This document shows positions 26,512 to 35,028 of a stretch of DNA of 36,843 nucleotides, piece by piece. Made by a program: the position numbers and the translations under genes. This stretch comes from a virus: UHGV virus genome UHGV-0207212. The stretch is one strand, 5' to 3'. Within the stretch, counting starts at the first letter, position 1. Every line of letters begins with the position of its first letter. The notes under the pieces are model-generated. The model was not told where the DNA came from, searched no databases, and was given only the letters and a program-made list of their open reading frames with translations.

Positions 26512-26568
26512 AAAAAAAACGCCCTTTTTCCGTTATGGAAGCCTTTCAAAAGAAAGCGGAAAAGGGCG
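26512..26568 (-). terminator. Terminator after the lysis cassette
   Basis: CGCCCTTTTCCG/CGGAAAAAGGGCG stem plus T8. Confidence 0.65.
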
Positions 26569-26573
26569 GGGGA

Positions 26574-26825
26574 TTATTTACCGTTCCCCTTCGGGTCTTC
26601 ACCTTTAATCTGCGCCTGCACGGTTCTTCCCCAGGCCTCCCATTCCTGCACAAGAAATTCATAGTAGACAAGAATCTCCGCCCAGTCCTTTGCGGTTTCC
26701 GGGGCTTTCTGCTCAGTGCGTTCCGGCATTGGCGGAAGCACAACATCATCAGCCTTTGGAAGCGTCGCACAGCCTGCCGTTATTAAGCTCAATAATACCG
26801 CCGACAATATCCGCAATATCCTCAT
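26574..26825 (-). CDS. o-spanin (Rz1-like lipoprotein)
   Basis: Signal peptide with ITAGC lipobox, Pro-rich, overlaps the upstream Rz-like gene. Confidence 0.7.
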   Translation of the reverse strand: MRILRILSAVLLSLITAGCATLPKADDVVLPPMPERTEQKAPETAKDWAEILVYYEFLVQEWEAWGRTVQAQIKGEDPKGNGK

Positions 26826-27060
26826 CGCTCTTGCTCTCCTGTATCTTTTTTATAAGTTCATCCTTTCCGCTGTTAATCTCTGAAAGCTCCTTTGAGTGCT
26901 CCAAAAGAAACCTAATGCTTCTGTTCTGCCGCTTCACGCTCTCCGACAGAGCCTTGATTTCCCTGTTCTTTTTTCCGAGAATTTTAAGAAGCGCAATGAC
27001 TGCCACGCAAAGAAAAGCGAGGACAGCCGCAATAGCCGCATAAAAATAGATTCCTGTCAT
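26749..27060 (-). CDS. i-spanin (Rz-like)
   Basis: N-terminal TM helix plus coiled coil. Confidence 0.65.
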   Translation of the reverse strand: MTGIYFYAAIAAVLAFLCVAVIALLKILGKKNREIKALSESVKRQNRSIRFLLEHSKELSEINSGKDELIKKIQESKSDEDIADIVGGIIELNNGRLCDASKG

Positions 27061-27314
27061 CCGTCTGTTTTCTCCTGTCTTCTGAATTTGTCAAGCATTA
27101 TGTTCATGTCGATTGTTCCGGCTCCAAGCGCATAGACAACCGCCCACATCTGGCAGATTTCCCCTGAATCCGCATTGAGAACGCCCAGCCATTTCAGCGC
27201 GTGGCAGAGGATAATTCCAATCACCGCTAGAATTTTCATTGCCTTTGAGAGCGTCTTTGCCGGCAGCTTTCTTTCTTCTGTCTGTTTCTGTTCTGTGTTT
27301 CCGTCCTGCTTCAT
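27057..27314 (-). CDS. Putative holin
   Basis: Two TM segments, charged termini, in the lysis cluster. Confidence 0.6.
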   Translation of the reverse strand: MKQDGNTEQKQTEERKLPAKTLSKAMKILAVIGIILCHALKWLGVLNADSGEICQMWAVVYALGAGTIDMNIMLDKFRRQEKTDG

Positions 27315-27754
27315 CCGTCAATTCCTTTTATATGTATTATCCGCATTGTGGAGGGCTTGCCGTTTTCCACGCATACCGAGAACTTCAGCGGATTGAACGC
27401 AATCTTTCCGTTCTCAACGCCCACCCAGTGGGATTTCCCATTATAGTCATACCGCACCGGACATCTGTCCTTGATATGAAAAATGCTGTTGATATTCATA
27501 AAGTCGACGGCTTTCATCTCCCTGCCGATAAGCCGTCTTATGGCCTCCGCCCATTTCACGGTGCAGTCCTCTTTCAGAGCCTTTGCCTGTATAAGGCTGT
27601 CAACCGTCATTATTGCTTCCGCGTCATCGTCCGGCTCAATTCCCAGACACCACATAAGGACAAACGCGCAGCAGCCGTATTCCTTTATGGCCTTAAGGTT
27701 CTTTGCCGGGAAGTGGCTGTATAGCTCCGCCGCCAGGCTCTGTGGATGTTTCAT
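27311..27754 (-). CDS. Papain-fold peptidase (DUF261/C39-like), putative endolysin
   Basis: YGCC, SHWV and FNPL catalytic-type motifs; flanked by holin- and spanin-like genes; ATGA overlap at the start. Confidence 0.55.
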   Translation of the reverse strand: MKHPQSLAAELYSHFPAKNLKAIKEYGCCAFVLMWCLGIEPDDDAEAIMTVDSLIQAKALKEDCTVKWAEAIRRLIGREMKAVDFMNINSIFHIKDRCPVRYDYNGKSHWVGVENGKIAFNPLKFSVCVENGKPSTMRIIHIKGIDG

Positions 27755-28011
27755 TTTAAACCTACCTTTATTGCGATATAGCTTATAAGAACCGTCATTA
27801 TTCCGCTTACAATTACTCCCAGCCACCGAATGGCTGTATCTCCGTTTCTTTTGTCGAGCTTCATCACCTGTCTCGCGGTTTCCTCCTGCTTCTTCTCCAC
27901 GACAGAGAGCCGGTATTCCTGGAGCTGTGTCTGCGTTATAAGGTCCGCCAGCCTGTCAATCTTCTTCTCAATCGTGCCGAGCCTGTTCTCAAGGTTTTTG
28001 TCCTGTTCCAT
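27751..28011 (-). CDS. XhlA-like / holin-associated membrane protein
   Basis: Coiled coil plus a single C-terminal TM helix. Confidence 0.6.
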   Translation of the reverse strand: MEQDKNLENRLGTIEKKIDRLADLITQTQLQEYRLSVVEKKQEETARQVMKLDKRNGDTAIRWLGVIVSGIMTVLISYIAIKVGLK

Positions 28012-28031
28012 TTTTCCTTTCCTTGCGTTTT

Positions 28032-28418
28032 CTATTCGTCGTATGCGTCAATCTCGACAAGACAGCGCGGATTGCTCTTCTCGTAGAAATTCCTTATCTC
28101 CAGAAGCCGCACAATCTGCCACTTGTCGTCCTTTATCACCTTGCAGTCCGTGAGCAGGTCAAGTATAGAGCTTGCGCCGTTGTCGCTGTCGCGCCGTCTG
28201 TTGTCGCCGTGGTAGAATGTCATTTTTATTCTGATTTCCCTTTCTATGGGCATTGCCGCCTCTTCCTTTTTCAGGAGCAGCAATTGGCTGTCAATCTCAT
28301 TCATCGCCGCCGTGTGCCATTTTCTGTACCGTCCGCTCGGTATGTTCCGGCCGCCCTTTAGAACAATGCGGCTGTTCTTCTTCGCCGGTGTCTCGCCTGT
28401 TATTATGAATCTGTACAT
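28032..28418 (-). CDS. rusA: RusA-family Holliday junction resolvase
   Basis: RRRDSDN...ILDLL...VIKDDKWQIV...NPR. Confidence 0.88.
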   Translation of the reverse strand: MYRFIITGETPAKKNSRIVLKGGRNIPSGRYRKWHTAAMNEIDSQLLLLKKEEAAMPIEREIRIKMTFYHGDNRRRDSDNGASSILDLLTDCKVIKDDKWQIVRLLEIRNFYEKSNPRCLVEIDAYDE

Positions 28419-28428
28419 AAAAGCCCAC

Positions 28429-29388
28429 TTAGACGTCCGCCCATTCAACCGGCACAAGTCCGCACCTGCAGTTATAGTCGTTTATCTCTTCCGGAAGATT
28501 GTCAACGTCAAATATTCTCTTGTTCAGCATTCTGTGTGTCTTTCTCACGCGTCCGTCGTTCGCCGTCAGCCACTGGACCTTTGTAACTCCGGCGCTCCTG
28601 AATGTCGCGAGCGTGCACGCCTTGTTGAACCTCGCCATTTGGTCGCGCGCGAAAAGACGCGCCAGGTGTTCTCCGCGGTTGAACGCGTCTTTTGTCAGGT
28701 CGTCAAGTTTCAGCTCGTCCGTCCGGTTCATGGCGTAGTCTGTTATGCGCTTTAAAATCGCGCGCTTTATGTCTTCCTGCTCCCAGTCTATGCGCTCCAG
28801 CGAGTTCTGAACGTAAAGGCGGCGCACCTCGTCCATGTTGTCGTCAAAGAATTTCTTCTTGTCTATAGTGAACGACTGTAGAATCCTTTTTGTCTTTCCG
28901 TCCGCGTCGTCAAGAAGCCTCTCAAGATAATTCTTCTGCTCTTTTTTTAATATCCTTTCAATATCGCCTGTGAACTGCTCGTCAAGCCGCGCAAGCTCTT
29001 CCTGGTCCTCCTCAAACCATTCATGCTCAAGGCTGTTAGCCACGCTTCCCATATTTGCACGGCTTGCGGTCTCCTCCTGCTCCTTTCGCATTTTCTCACC
29101 CATTTCGTCAAAGAATTTCATCAGGCTTTCAAGGTTTTCTTCCTCCCTTCCGTCCGCCACAAGCGCACTGTCAATGGTGATTCCGTTCCGCCTGATTTTT
29201 TTATTTAGGTCTTTCAGTAGCTGTGTCGCAAGTTTTTTGTACAGGCTTCCGAGTCTTTTAGCCAGCTCATTTTCAATGGAGAACAGAGGCCGGGGAATTC
29301 CCATTCTTCTCATTCTAAGGAAGCCCTGGCGTGTCTTCGGCGAGTAGATGTAGCCGTTTATCTTGATAGGGTAGACACTATTTGCCAT
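28429..29388 (-). CDS. Minor head protein MuF (SPP1 gp7-like), short form
   Basis: ARLFARDQ, WLTANDGRVRKTH and YNCRC. Confidence 0.9.
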   Translation of the reverse strand: MANSVYPIKINGYIYSPKTRQGFLRMRRMGIPRPLFSIENELAKRLGSLYKKLATQLLKDLNKKIRRNGITIDSALVADGREEENLESLMKFFDEMGEKMRKEQEETASRANMGSVANSLEHEWFEEDQEELARLDEQFTGDIERILKKEQKNYLERLLDDADGKTKRILQSFTIDKKKFFDDNMDEVRRLYVQNSLERIDWEQEDIKRAILKRITDYAMNRTDELKLDDLTKDAFNRGEHLARLFARDQMARFNKACTLATFRSAGVTKVQWLTANDGRVRKTHRMLNKRIFDVDNLPEEINDYNCRCGLVPVEWADV

Positions 29389-29575
29389 ACTTGAGCCATT
29401 CGTAGGTTGTGCCGAGCACCGGCGCGATTTTCCTTATGTCGTCGTCGGACGGGTTTGATGTGGGGATTCCTGTCATCCAGCTTGAGATTTTTATTCCGGC
29501 CTTTGCCGCGATCTCGTTCCATTCGAGCCTGCTCTCGATTTTTTTCTGCATTATGCGTCTGAATATTTCTGTCAT
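29378..29575 (-). CDS. Small XRE-like HTH protein
   Basis: EIAAKAGI...IRKIAPVLGTTYEWLKYG. Confidence 0.7.
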   Translation of the reverse strand: MTEIFRRIMQKKIESRLEWNEIAAKAGIKISSWMTGIPTSNPSDDDIRKIAPVLGTTYEWLKYGK

Positions 29576-29580
29576 ACCCT

Positions 29581-29590
29581 TATAGTCTTT
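29581..29590 (-). promoter_or_regulatory. Late promoter motif
   Basis: AAAGACTATA 5 nt before the ATG at 29575. Confidence 0.75.
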
Positions 29591-29662
29591 TTGGGGTATG
29601 GCTGAAAAGACTGTGAAATTTGAGTTTGTGTATGGAAAATATGAATTTTTGTTGTCGGAAGA

Positions 29663-30022
29663 TTAAATTTTCTTGGTGACAACTCCGATTGTCAAGTCCG
29701 CCACCTTGTTTACAATTTTAGAGACAGTCTGCATTGCGCCGTTCTCGACTAGATATTCTATTCCCTTGAGCGTGATTTTAGGCTTTCTGACTGTCATATA
29801 CATTCCGTTCGGGCCGTCCTCCACTGTAACGCCTTGGATAAGCCCAGCGTCGGAGAGTATCTGCATATAATTAAAGAACCGTGTTTCTGATATTTTCCAC
29901 GTCCTGTAGTCCAATAATTTAGAGTCCGCTTCCTCATTGTCCAGCTGCTTCTCAAACTCTGTCAGAATCTTGTAGATTGCTTTTGCCGCTTCCATTTCTA
30001 CAGTATAAGCCTGTTTTTCCAT
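29663..30022 (-). CDS. YjcQ-like winged-helix protein
   Basis: IYKIL...GLIQGV...PKITLKGIEYLVENGAM. Confidence 0.75.
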   Translation of the reverse strand: MEKQAYTVEMEAAKAIYKILTEFEKQLDNEEADSKLLDYRTWKISETRFFNYMQILSDAGLIQGVTVEDGPNGMYMTVRKPKITLKGIEYLVENGAMQTVSKIVNKVADLTIGVVTKKI

Positions 30023-30044
30023 TCTGTCATTTCTCCTTTTTTTA

Positions 30045-31706
30045 TCATCCGCCCATACCGCGTCCTGCGTTCAGCTGCTCCCACAGGCTCTCATCCATTC
30101 CCTCGCTCTCGCCCGCGCCAAGCTCCGCCATTGTGTCCTCATCCAGGTCTGCGCTCGGCACAAACTTCTGCGCCACCTTTACCGCCGTAGACAAAGGCAC
30201 GCCCATTGCCACTAGCTGGCCCGACATTGTGGTGAACGTCTGCCCGAGCTGCGCCCTGTCGCCGTCGCTTATAATTACGCCTGTGTCCGCCTTTATGATC
30301 ACCTTGTCCGCTATCTTCGCCTGCTCGCTGTCAAGTCCGAAGCACGAGCATACAAGAATTCTTATGCAGTTCTTAAAACATGGAGATACAGTGTTGAACA
30401 GAAGCCTTATAGCCTCGCTCTGCTTGAGAGTTACATCGTCCTCATTGTCGCTTGCAAGTCCTGTAGCTTTTTCCGCGAACAGAACTGATTCCGGTACGGA
30501 GCTTGCCGCGCACAGTGCCAGACGCGCCTCGTTTATAAGGTCGCGGAATCCTGTGTATGTGCGCTCAAGGATTTTGATTTCACCTACGCTGTTTATTGCT
30601 TTCGGGTGGAGCATGCTCCATTCCCTCATCTGCCTTTCATTCTCCTTGAAAAACTGCTTTGCAAATTCCGGGCCGTTCTCGATGATAAGCCCGTCCGCAG
30701 GCATCGCGTGGTACATCAGGCTTGACTGCTGCGCCATTATCGGAAGCGACATCTTCATTATCTGGTAGCTCTCGAAGTCCCTTATCCAGCCCTCGAAATC
30801 GCTTGTAGACCAGCCCATTTGCTGTATCGCTCCCCAGAACGGCAGCTTGCAGGGACGCACCATCGCCATTCTGTCCGTGCTTACGCGCACGCCTCCAAGC
30901 GGAATAAAAAGGCTTCTTGCGTACAGGTAGTCCTGCGCCGTTATGTTATACTCCGGCACAAACACGCAGTTCCAGCGGTCCGCGTTCACCCAGTATCTGA
31001 TGAAGTCCTGCTTCTTTCTAAGCCCCTTGAAAAGCTCGCCAGTTGGCTTCTGGAATGAAAGGGGATTATCGCCGTCAAGTACAGGATAGGCGGCCGCGCC
31101 GCCGAATATAAGAGCCTGCGTTATCGCCTGGGAGTATGCCTCGTTGAATCCGCATTCATTTGCGTAGTCCTCAAGCCGTGTAATGTCGTCAGGGCTCATC
31201 TGTGAGCACTCAAAATGCACGCCGTTCAATGAAAGACAGCCGGCTTTCTTGTTGATGATTCTTGCTGGCACTCCGCCGTTGGCATAGTATGCCGTCGCCT
31301 CCGACGGTGTGATTGACACAGGGATAAAGCTCTCTGTCTGTATTCCCGGATCTATGAATGTGCCTATTCCGCTCACAGGGTTGTTGTAGCCGTCCTGTAC
31401 TATTCCTTTGTTCTGCGCCAGCTTCGCCGCGTTTGCCCTTGACTCCATGGCCGCTTTCAGCTTCTGCGGAAAGTCGGAGATGAGCCGCCCGCGCATTTCC
31501 TCCGCCGTCTGTGTTCCCGGTCTAGCGTCCTGGACCACCGCTCCCAGCTCATCGCATATCGCCCCAAGCTCGCCCGCGTCCAGCGTGATTTCGCCGTAGC
31601 CGTCTTCTGTTTCCCTTGAGTCGCTCTCGTGCCTTGCGATTATTTCAAATATCTTTTTGTGATGTGGATTAGTTTCCGTTTTCTGTAACTGTTGAAATCT
31701 TGCCAT
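30045..31706 (-). CDS. Portal protein (DUF1073-like)
   Basis: VPESVLFAEKATGL motif, size, position between TerL and MuF. Confidence 0.8.
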   Translation of the reverse strand: MARFQQLQKTETNPHHKKIFEIIARHESDSRETEDGYGEITLDAGELGAICDELGAVVQDARPGTQTAEEMRGRLISDFPQKLKAAMESRANAAKLAQNKGIVQDGYNNPVSGIGTFIDPGIQTESFIPVSITPSEATAYYANGGVPARIINKKAGCLSLNGVHFECSQMSPDDITRLEDYANECGFNEAYSQAITQALIFGGAAAYPVLDGDNPLSFQKPTGELFKGLRKKQDFIRYWVNADRWNCVFVPEYNITAQDYLYARSLFIPLGGVRVSTDRMAMVRPCKLPFWGAIQQMGWSTSDFEGWIRDFESYQIMKMSLPIMAQQSSLMYHAMPADGLIIENGPEFAKQFFKENERQMREWSMLHPKAINSVGEIKILERTYTGFRDLINEARLALCAASSVPESVLFAEKATGLASDNEDDVTLKQSEAIRLLFNTVSPCFKNCIRILVCSCFGLDSEQAKIADKVIIKADTGVIISDGDRAQLGQTFTTMSGQLVAMGVPLSTAVKVAQKFVPSADLDEDTMAELGAGESEGMDESLWEQLNAGRGMGG

Positions 31707-31711
31707 ACCCT

Positions 31712-31721
31712 TATAGTCCTT
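31712..31721 (-). promoter_or_regulatory. Late promoter motif (AAGGACTATA variant)
   Basis: 5 nt before the ATG at 31706. Confidence 0.7.
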
Positions 31722-31731
31722 TTATCATATT

Positions 31732-31754
31732 CCAAAGCCCCGCAATTGATTTGA
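31732..31754. repeat. 23-bp direct repeat shared with 34370-34392
   Basis: CCAAAGCCCCGCAATTGATTTGA identical at both sites. Confidence 0.9.
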
Positions 31755-31777
31755 GCTTCCGGGGCTTTTCGCTTAGC

Positions 31778-32340
31778 TTAGAACAGTTCCGGCTCGCTCT
31801 GGTTCTCCTGCTTCTTCCCGATTATGAAGTCGCAGATAAAATTTCTTGCATAGTCCGGGCTTATCATGCTTCTTTCCTCGCTGCAAATTCCGGCTTTTAC
31901 TCCCTGCTTGCATTTACTGATAATTTTCTGCTTCTTGTCATTCTGCTTATAAAGCAACGTGTGAAACAGCGTTCTTTTCTCCAGCCTCTCGATTGCGTCC
32001 TTTATCTGCTCCGTCTTTTGCTTGTGCCTGTTGTTCTGGCATGTAAGCTGATAGTAAGTCATCTGTAAGGTCTCAAAATAAATGCAAGGAAAAAAAGCGA
32101 TAACAACATCATCTCTTGACATTCCGTCAAACACAGAAGAACAATTGTTCTGTTCTGTTCTGTTCTGTTCGCGTACGCTTTCTCGATTTCTCCGAACAGG
32201 TCTATGACGTGGTCTGTCTGGTTGAAATGGTTCTGAATATCGTAGTCTTCCGCCGGTATTCCCAACTTAATAAATTCGTTCTTGAATGTTCCGCTCTGCT
32301 CAAACAGGCAGTGCGCCTTTCTTATGACTTTTGCTTCCAT
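31778..32340 (-). pseudogene. Cytosine-methyltransferase-like gene frameshifted at a (GAACA)5 tract
   Basis: LFEQSG and IAFFPC motifs lie in different frames; 4 or 7 units restore the frame. Confidence 0.6.
32146..32170. repeat. Pentanucleotide microsatellite (TGTTC)5
   Basis: Direct reading of the sequence. Confidence 0.95.
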
Positions 32341-32345
32341 ACATC

Positions 32346-32355
32346 TATAGTCTTT
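32346..32355 (-). promoter_or_regulatory. Late promoter motif
   Basis: AAAGACTATA 5 nt before the ATG at 32340. Confidence 0.75.
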
Positions 32356-32366
32356 CGTCTTTTGCG

Positions 32367-33692
32367 CTATACGTTCTTTCCGGCGATGTTCAGGTATCCG
32401 TTCTCGTTCACGTTCTCTCGTGAAAGCTCTTTCAGGTTCATAAATTCCGGATCGCTCCGCACAATCCTGTAGATGACATATTCCAGCGCGTCGCAGAAGT
32501 GGTCGGGCGCTTTCTCTCCCTGTCCTTTCTCCGGCTTTCCGTTCTGGTCGTATGCGCGCACTTTCAGGGCCTCCGACAGTTCGTCCGTTTCCTTTGTGTT
32601 GAAAACATACAGAAGCCCCATTCTGAACAGCTTGTTCACATAGAACAGTCTGTCAAGAATCCTAGGGTTTGCGCTTCCGATTCTGCACTGTATTCCCCAG
32701 TCGATAATCTGCTGCTTGTAGCCCTTTATAATTTCCTTTCCTGCGCAGTCAGGAAACCACAGAATCTCGTTCCGCACGTATTTTTTCCGCATCTCTTCCG
32801 GGGCGTGTCCTATCTCGTCAAAGCTCCAGCCGCACGTTATATAAAGCCGACCGTCCTTTTTTATTACCGCCGCCGCTTTTGAGAATCCGCTGTTAAGGTC
32901 CTGACCTATCATCACGGTATATTCCGCTCCAACCTCGAACGGTTTTATGCGGTGCTTCCGCTCGTCGTATTCAGGATAAACGCGTCCTGCCATAAGGTTC
33001 ACGAACATTCCCTCAAGGTACGCCAGTCTCTCGTTGTCGTCGTAGATAGCGTAGAGATTCTTCACGTATGCCGGGTCAAGGCTTGTGTTGTTCCGTGTGA
33101 GTCCACGCACAAGGCAGTAGCGCAGCCTGTCGCGCCGGAGCTTCTGGACAATCTTGTAAAGCCCCCGGTAGCCGTGGACTGTCGAAAAGTACATTATGAA
33201 CGGCTTCCGTCCGTCGGGCAGGGTGATTCGCGTCCGCTCTGAAAGCGCCTTATGCGCCTCAATCGCCTTCATCTCCGCGAGCTCGTCTATCTCATCGCAC
33301 AGGCAGATGTTTATGTTCGGACCGTATATGTCCGTCGGCTGCCCTGTGGCTATCAAAAGAAAGCGTATTGTTCCGATTGTTATTATGTTGTCCTGCTGAT
33401 TATAGACAAACGGTGAATTTGTCTTCTTGAGTATTTTCTCAAGGTCAAGAATGACAGTCTTTTTGAGAAGCGTTATTGTCGTGGAGCAAAGTCCGATTGT
33501 AACGTCCTTTCCGCTGTACCGCTTGCACAGGCATATAATCATCAGCACGATGGAAAACGATTTTCCGCAGCCGTATCCGCCGCAAAGAAAGAAATAGGAG
33601 ATGTCCGGGAATGCCTGCGGAGCCGACACAATCTGCCGCTGGTGGATGAACGGCTTTATATCCCCATTATTCTGATTCTGTGATTTCGCCAT
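32367..33692 (-). CDS. Terminase large subunit
   Basis: Walker A GGYGCGKS, Walker B CLCDE, nuclease IGQDLN and DHFCDALEY. Confidence 0.92.
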   Translation of the reverse strand: MAKSQNQNNGDIKPFIHQRQIVSAPQAFPDISYFFLCGGYGCGKSFSIVLMIICLCKRYSGKDVTIGLCSTTITLLKKTVILDLEKILKKTNSPFVYNQQDNIITIGTIRFLLIATGQPTDIYGPNINICLCDEIDELAEMKAIEAHKALSERTRITLPDGRKPFIMYFSTVHGYRGLYKIVQKLRRDRLRYCLVRGLTRNNTSLDPAYVKNLYAIYDDNERLAYLEGMFVNLMAGRVYPEYDERKHRIKPFEVGAEYTVMIGQDLNSGFSKAAAVIKKDGRLYITCGWSFDEIGHAPEEMRKKYVRNEILWFPDCAGKEIIKGYKQQIIDWGIQCRIGSANPRILDRLFYVNKLFRMGLLYVFNTKETDELSEALKVRAYDQNGKPEKGQGEKAPDHFCDALEYVIYRIVRSDPEFMNLKELSRENVNENGYLNIAGKNV

Positions 33693-34092
33693 AGTCCGGG
33701 ATTTCCACCATTGAAGAATCTTCCAGCTGCTCGGCTGTCATCGTGTCGCCGGTGATGTTTATGTTGAGCGGATCGGTGCTGTCAATCTTCACTACAGATG
33801 AATCCTCATAGCCGCGTTTCTTTCCCTTCATGCGCAGATACCACTTGCTTGTGGCTGTGTCTCCGTTCGCGAGTTCCTTTATGATGTTGTTCTCCGCAAG
33901 GTCAAGGACAATGTTCTTTTCCTGCCTTAATGCCTTTTCACAGCTTTCCCATTTGTGTATGTACTTTTCCACCGTGTCCCAGCAGATTTTTTCACCCATG
34001 TCGGATTCCAGCTTGCGCTGAACCTTGCTTATAAGCCCTTGTGAATTCTCAATCGCACGGAGCATTTGCTCCTGTGTTATTTTTTTCGACAT
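33667..34092 (-). CDS. Terminase small subunit
   Basis: LDLAENN...ATSKWYLRMKGKKRGY; overlaps the TerL start. Confidence 0.75.
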   Translation of the reverse strand: MSKKITQEQMLRAIENSQGLISKVQRKLESDMGEKICWDTVEKYIHKWESCEKALRQEKNIVLDLAENNIIKELANGDTATSKWYLRMKGKKRGYEDSSVVKIDSTDPLNINITGDTMTAEQLEDSSMVEIPDYGEITESE

Positions 34093-34337
34093 CTTTTCCC
34101 CCTTCCGACTTTTCGTTTTTTTGAGACTTCAAGGGCAATCTTATACATTCGCTCACGCATTAGCTCATGCTCTTTTTCAAACTTTTCTTTTGTTTCATGA
34201 TTCTTAAAGATTGCCTGACGGACATCAGAATATGAAAATTCTTTTTTCATCAAATTTTCAAGATTCTTTTTCACATTCATAGCAATACCATTAGAATTTT
34301 CTATAGCTTTACATAGCAGTTCTTTTTGTATTTCCAT
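34077..34337 (-). CDS. Paralogue of the TerS N-terminal domain
   Basis: LCKAIENSNGIAMNVKKNLE versus MLRAIENSQGLISKVQRKLE. Confidence 0.65.
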   Translation of the reverse strand: MEIQKELLCKAIENSNGIAMNVKKNLENLMKKEFSYSDVRQAIFKNHETKEKFEKEHELMRERMYKIALEVSKKRKVGRGKRCRKK

Positions 34338-34348
34338 TCTGTTTTCCT

Positions 34349-35023
34349 CTATGCGCTCTTAATTATCCGCCAAAGCCCCGCAATTGATTTGACTTCCGTC
34401 ATGTCATGTGTTATATTGTCTGTGTGTGGACAGTCCGAATCTTTCGGCTGCCCCTTCGCCCTTGTCTTTTCAAGGGCATTTTTTATGTCCATTGCTTCCA
34501 GTGAATAAATATTGTGTCCATTCCTATCGAGTGAATGCTTTACTGTTATACAAGCTCTTGCTTCTTTCCCTGATTTCAGTTTTATTGGCTGGCTTAAAAA
34601 TCTTTCAATCCTCACATTCGTTTGGTTGTGTTTTGTATCAGAATGTTCTTTTATCAATTCTGAATCTTCAAAGAGTTCTTTTATCTGATTCGCAACTTCA
34701 AAATGTTCTTGCAGTGTAAATCCATTTTCTTTTGTATTGTTTGTTCTGCTTCTGATTTCTCTTTGACTTTCGTTTGAGAATCTTGCGTTTATTCCTGTGC
34801 TTTTGTTCCTGAAGTCCGTATTCAGATACTTGTTTGTGTTTCGGTTGAACTCATCGCGGAGTTTTGCGGCTGCGCCCTGTTTTTTCTCTGAATCTCCGTT
34901 TCTGCTGGCAAACTGTCCGCTGTCATCTCTAGGGTGCCTTGCTTCCTCCCATTCCGCGTCTGTTACCGAGTACCTGTCGCGCTTCGCGTAGTCAAATAGA
35001 TTCTGTAAGCTGCTGAATTCCAT
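34349..35023 (-). CDS. Putative head-cargo protein with LPD3/BECR-like domain
   Basis: WEEARHPRDDSGQF motif; NKSTGINARFS...HFEVANQIKELF...ITVK...IYSLE pattern. Confidence 0.65.
   Translation of the reverse strand: MEFSSLQNLFDYAKRDRYSVTDAEWEEARHPRDDSGQFASRNGDSEKKQGAAAKLRDEFNRNTNKYLNTDFRNKSTGINARFSNESQREIRSRTNNTKENGFTLQEHFEVANQIKELFEDSELIKEHSDTKHNQTNVRIERFLSQPIKLKSGKEARACITVKHSLDRNGHNIYSLEAMDIKNALEKTRAKGQPKDSDCPHTDNITHDMTEVKSIAGLWRIIKSA
34389..34417 (+). promoter_or_regulatory. Antisense sigma70 promoter 3
   Basis: TTGACT-17 nt-TATATT with extended TG. Confidence 0.78.
34424..34484 (+). ncRNA. Candidate antisense small RNA
   Basis: CCGAA/TTCGG hairpin, then GCCCTTG/CAAGGGC terminator plus T6. 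Confidence 0.55.
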
Positions 35024-35028
35024 ATATG

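Noticed and set aside
7540..28480. Other TATAGTC hits (about 7540, 9941, 16542, 27442, 28473) as late promoters
   Set aside because: They lack the adjoining A-tract and are not positioned before a start or SD
29977..30768. Long + strand ORFs opposite structural genes (e.g. 29977-30768, 17731-18423, 1-627)
   Set aside because: Shadow frames of well-supported minus-strand genes, with no RBS or recognisable motifs
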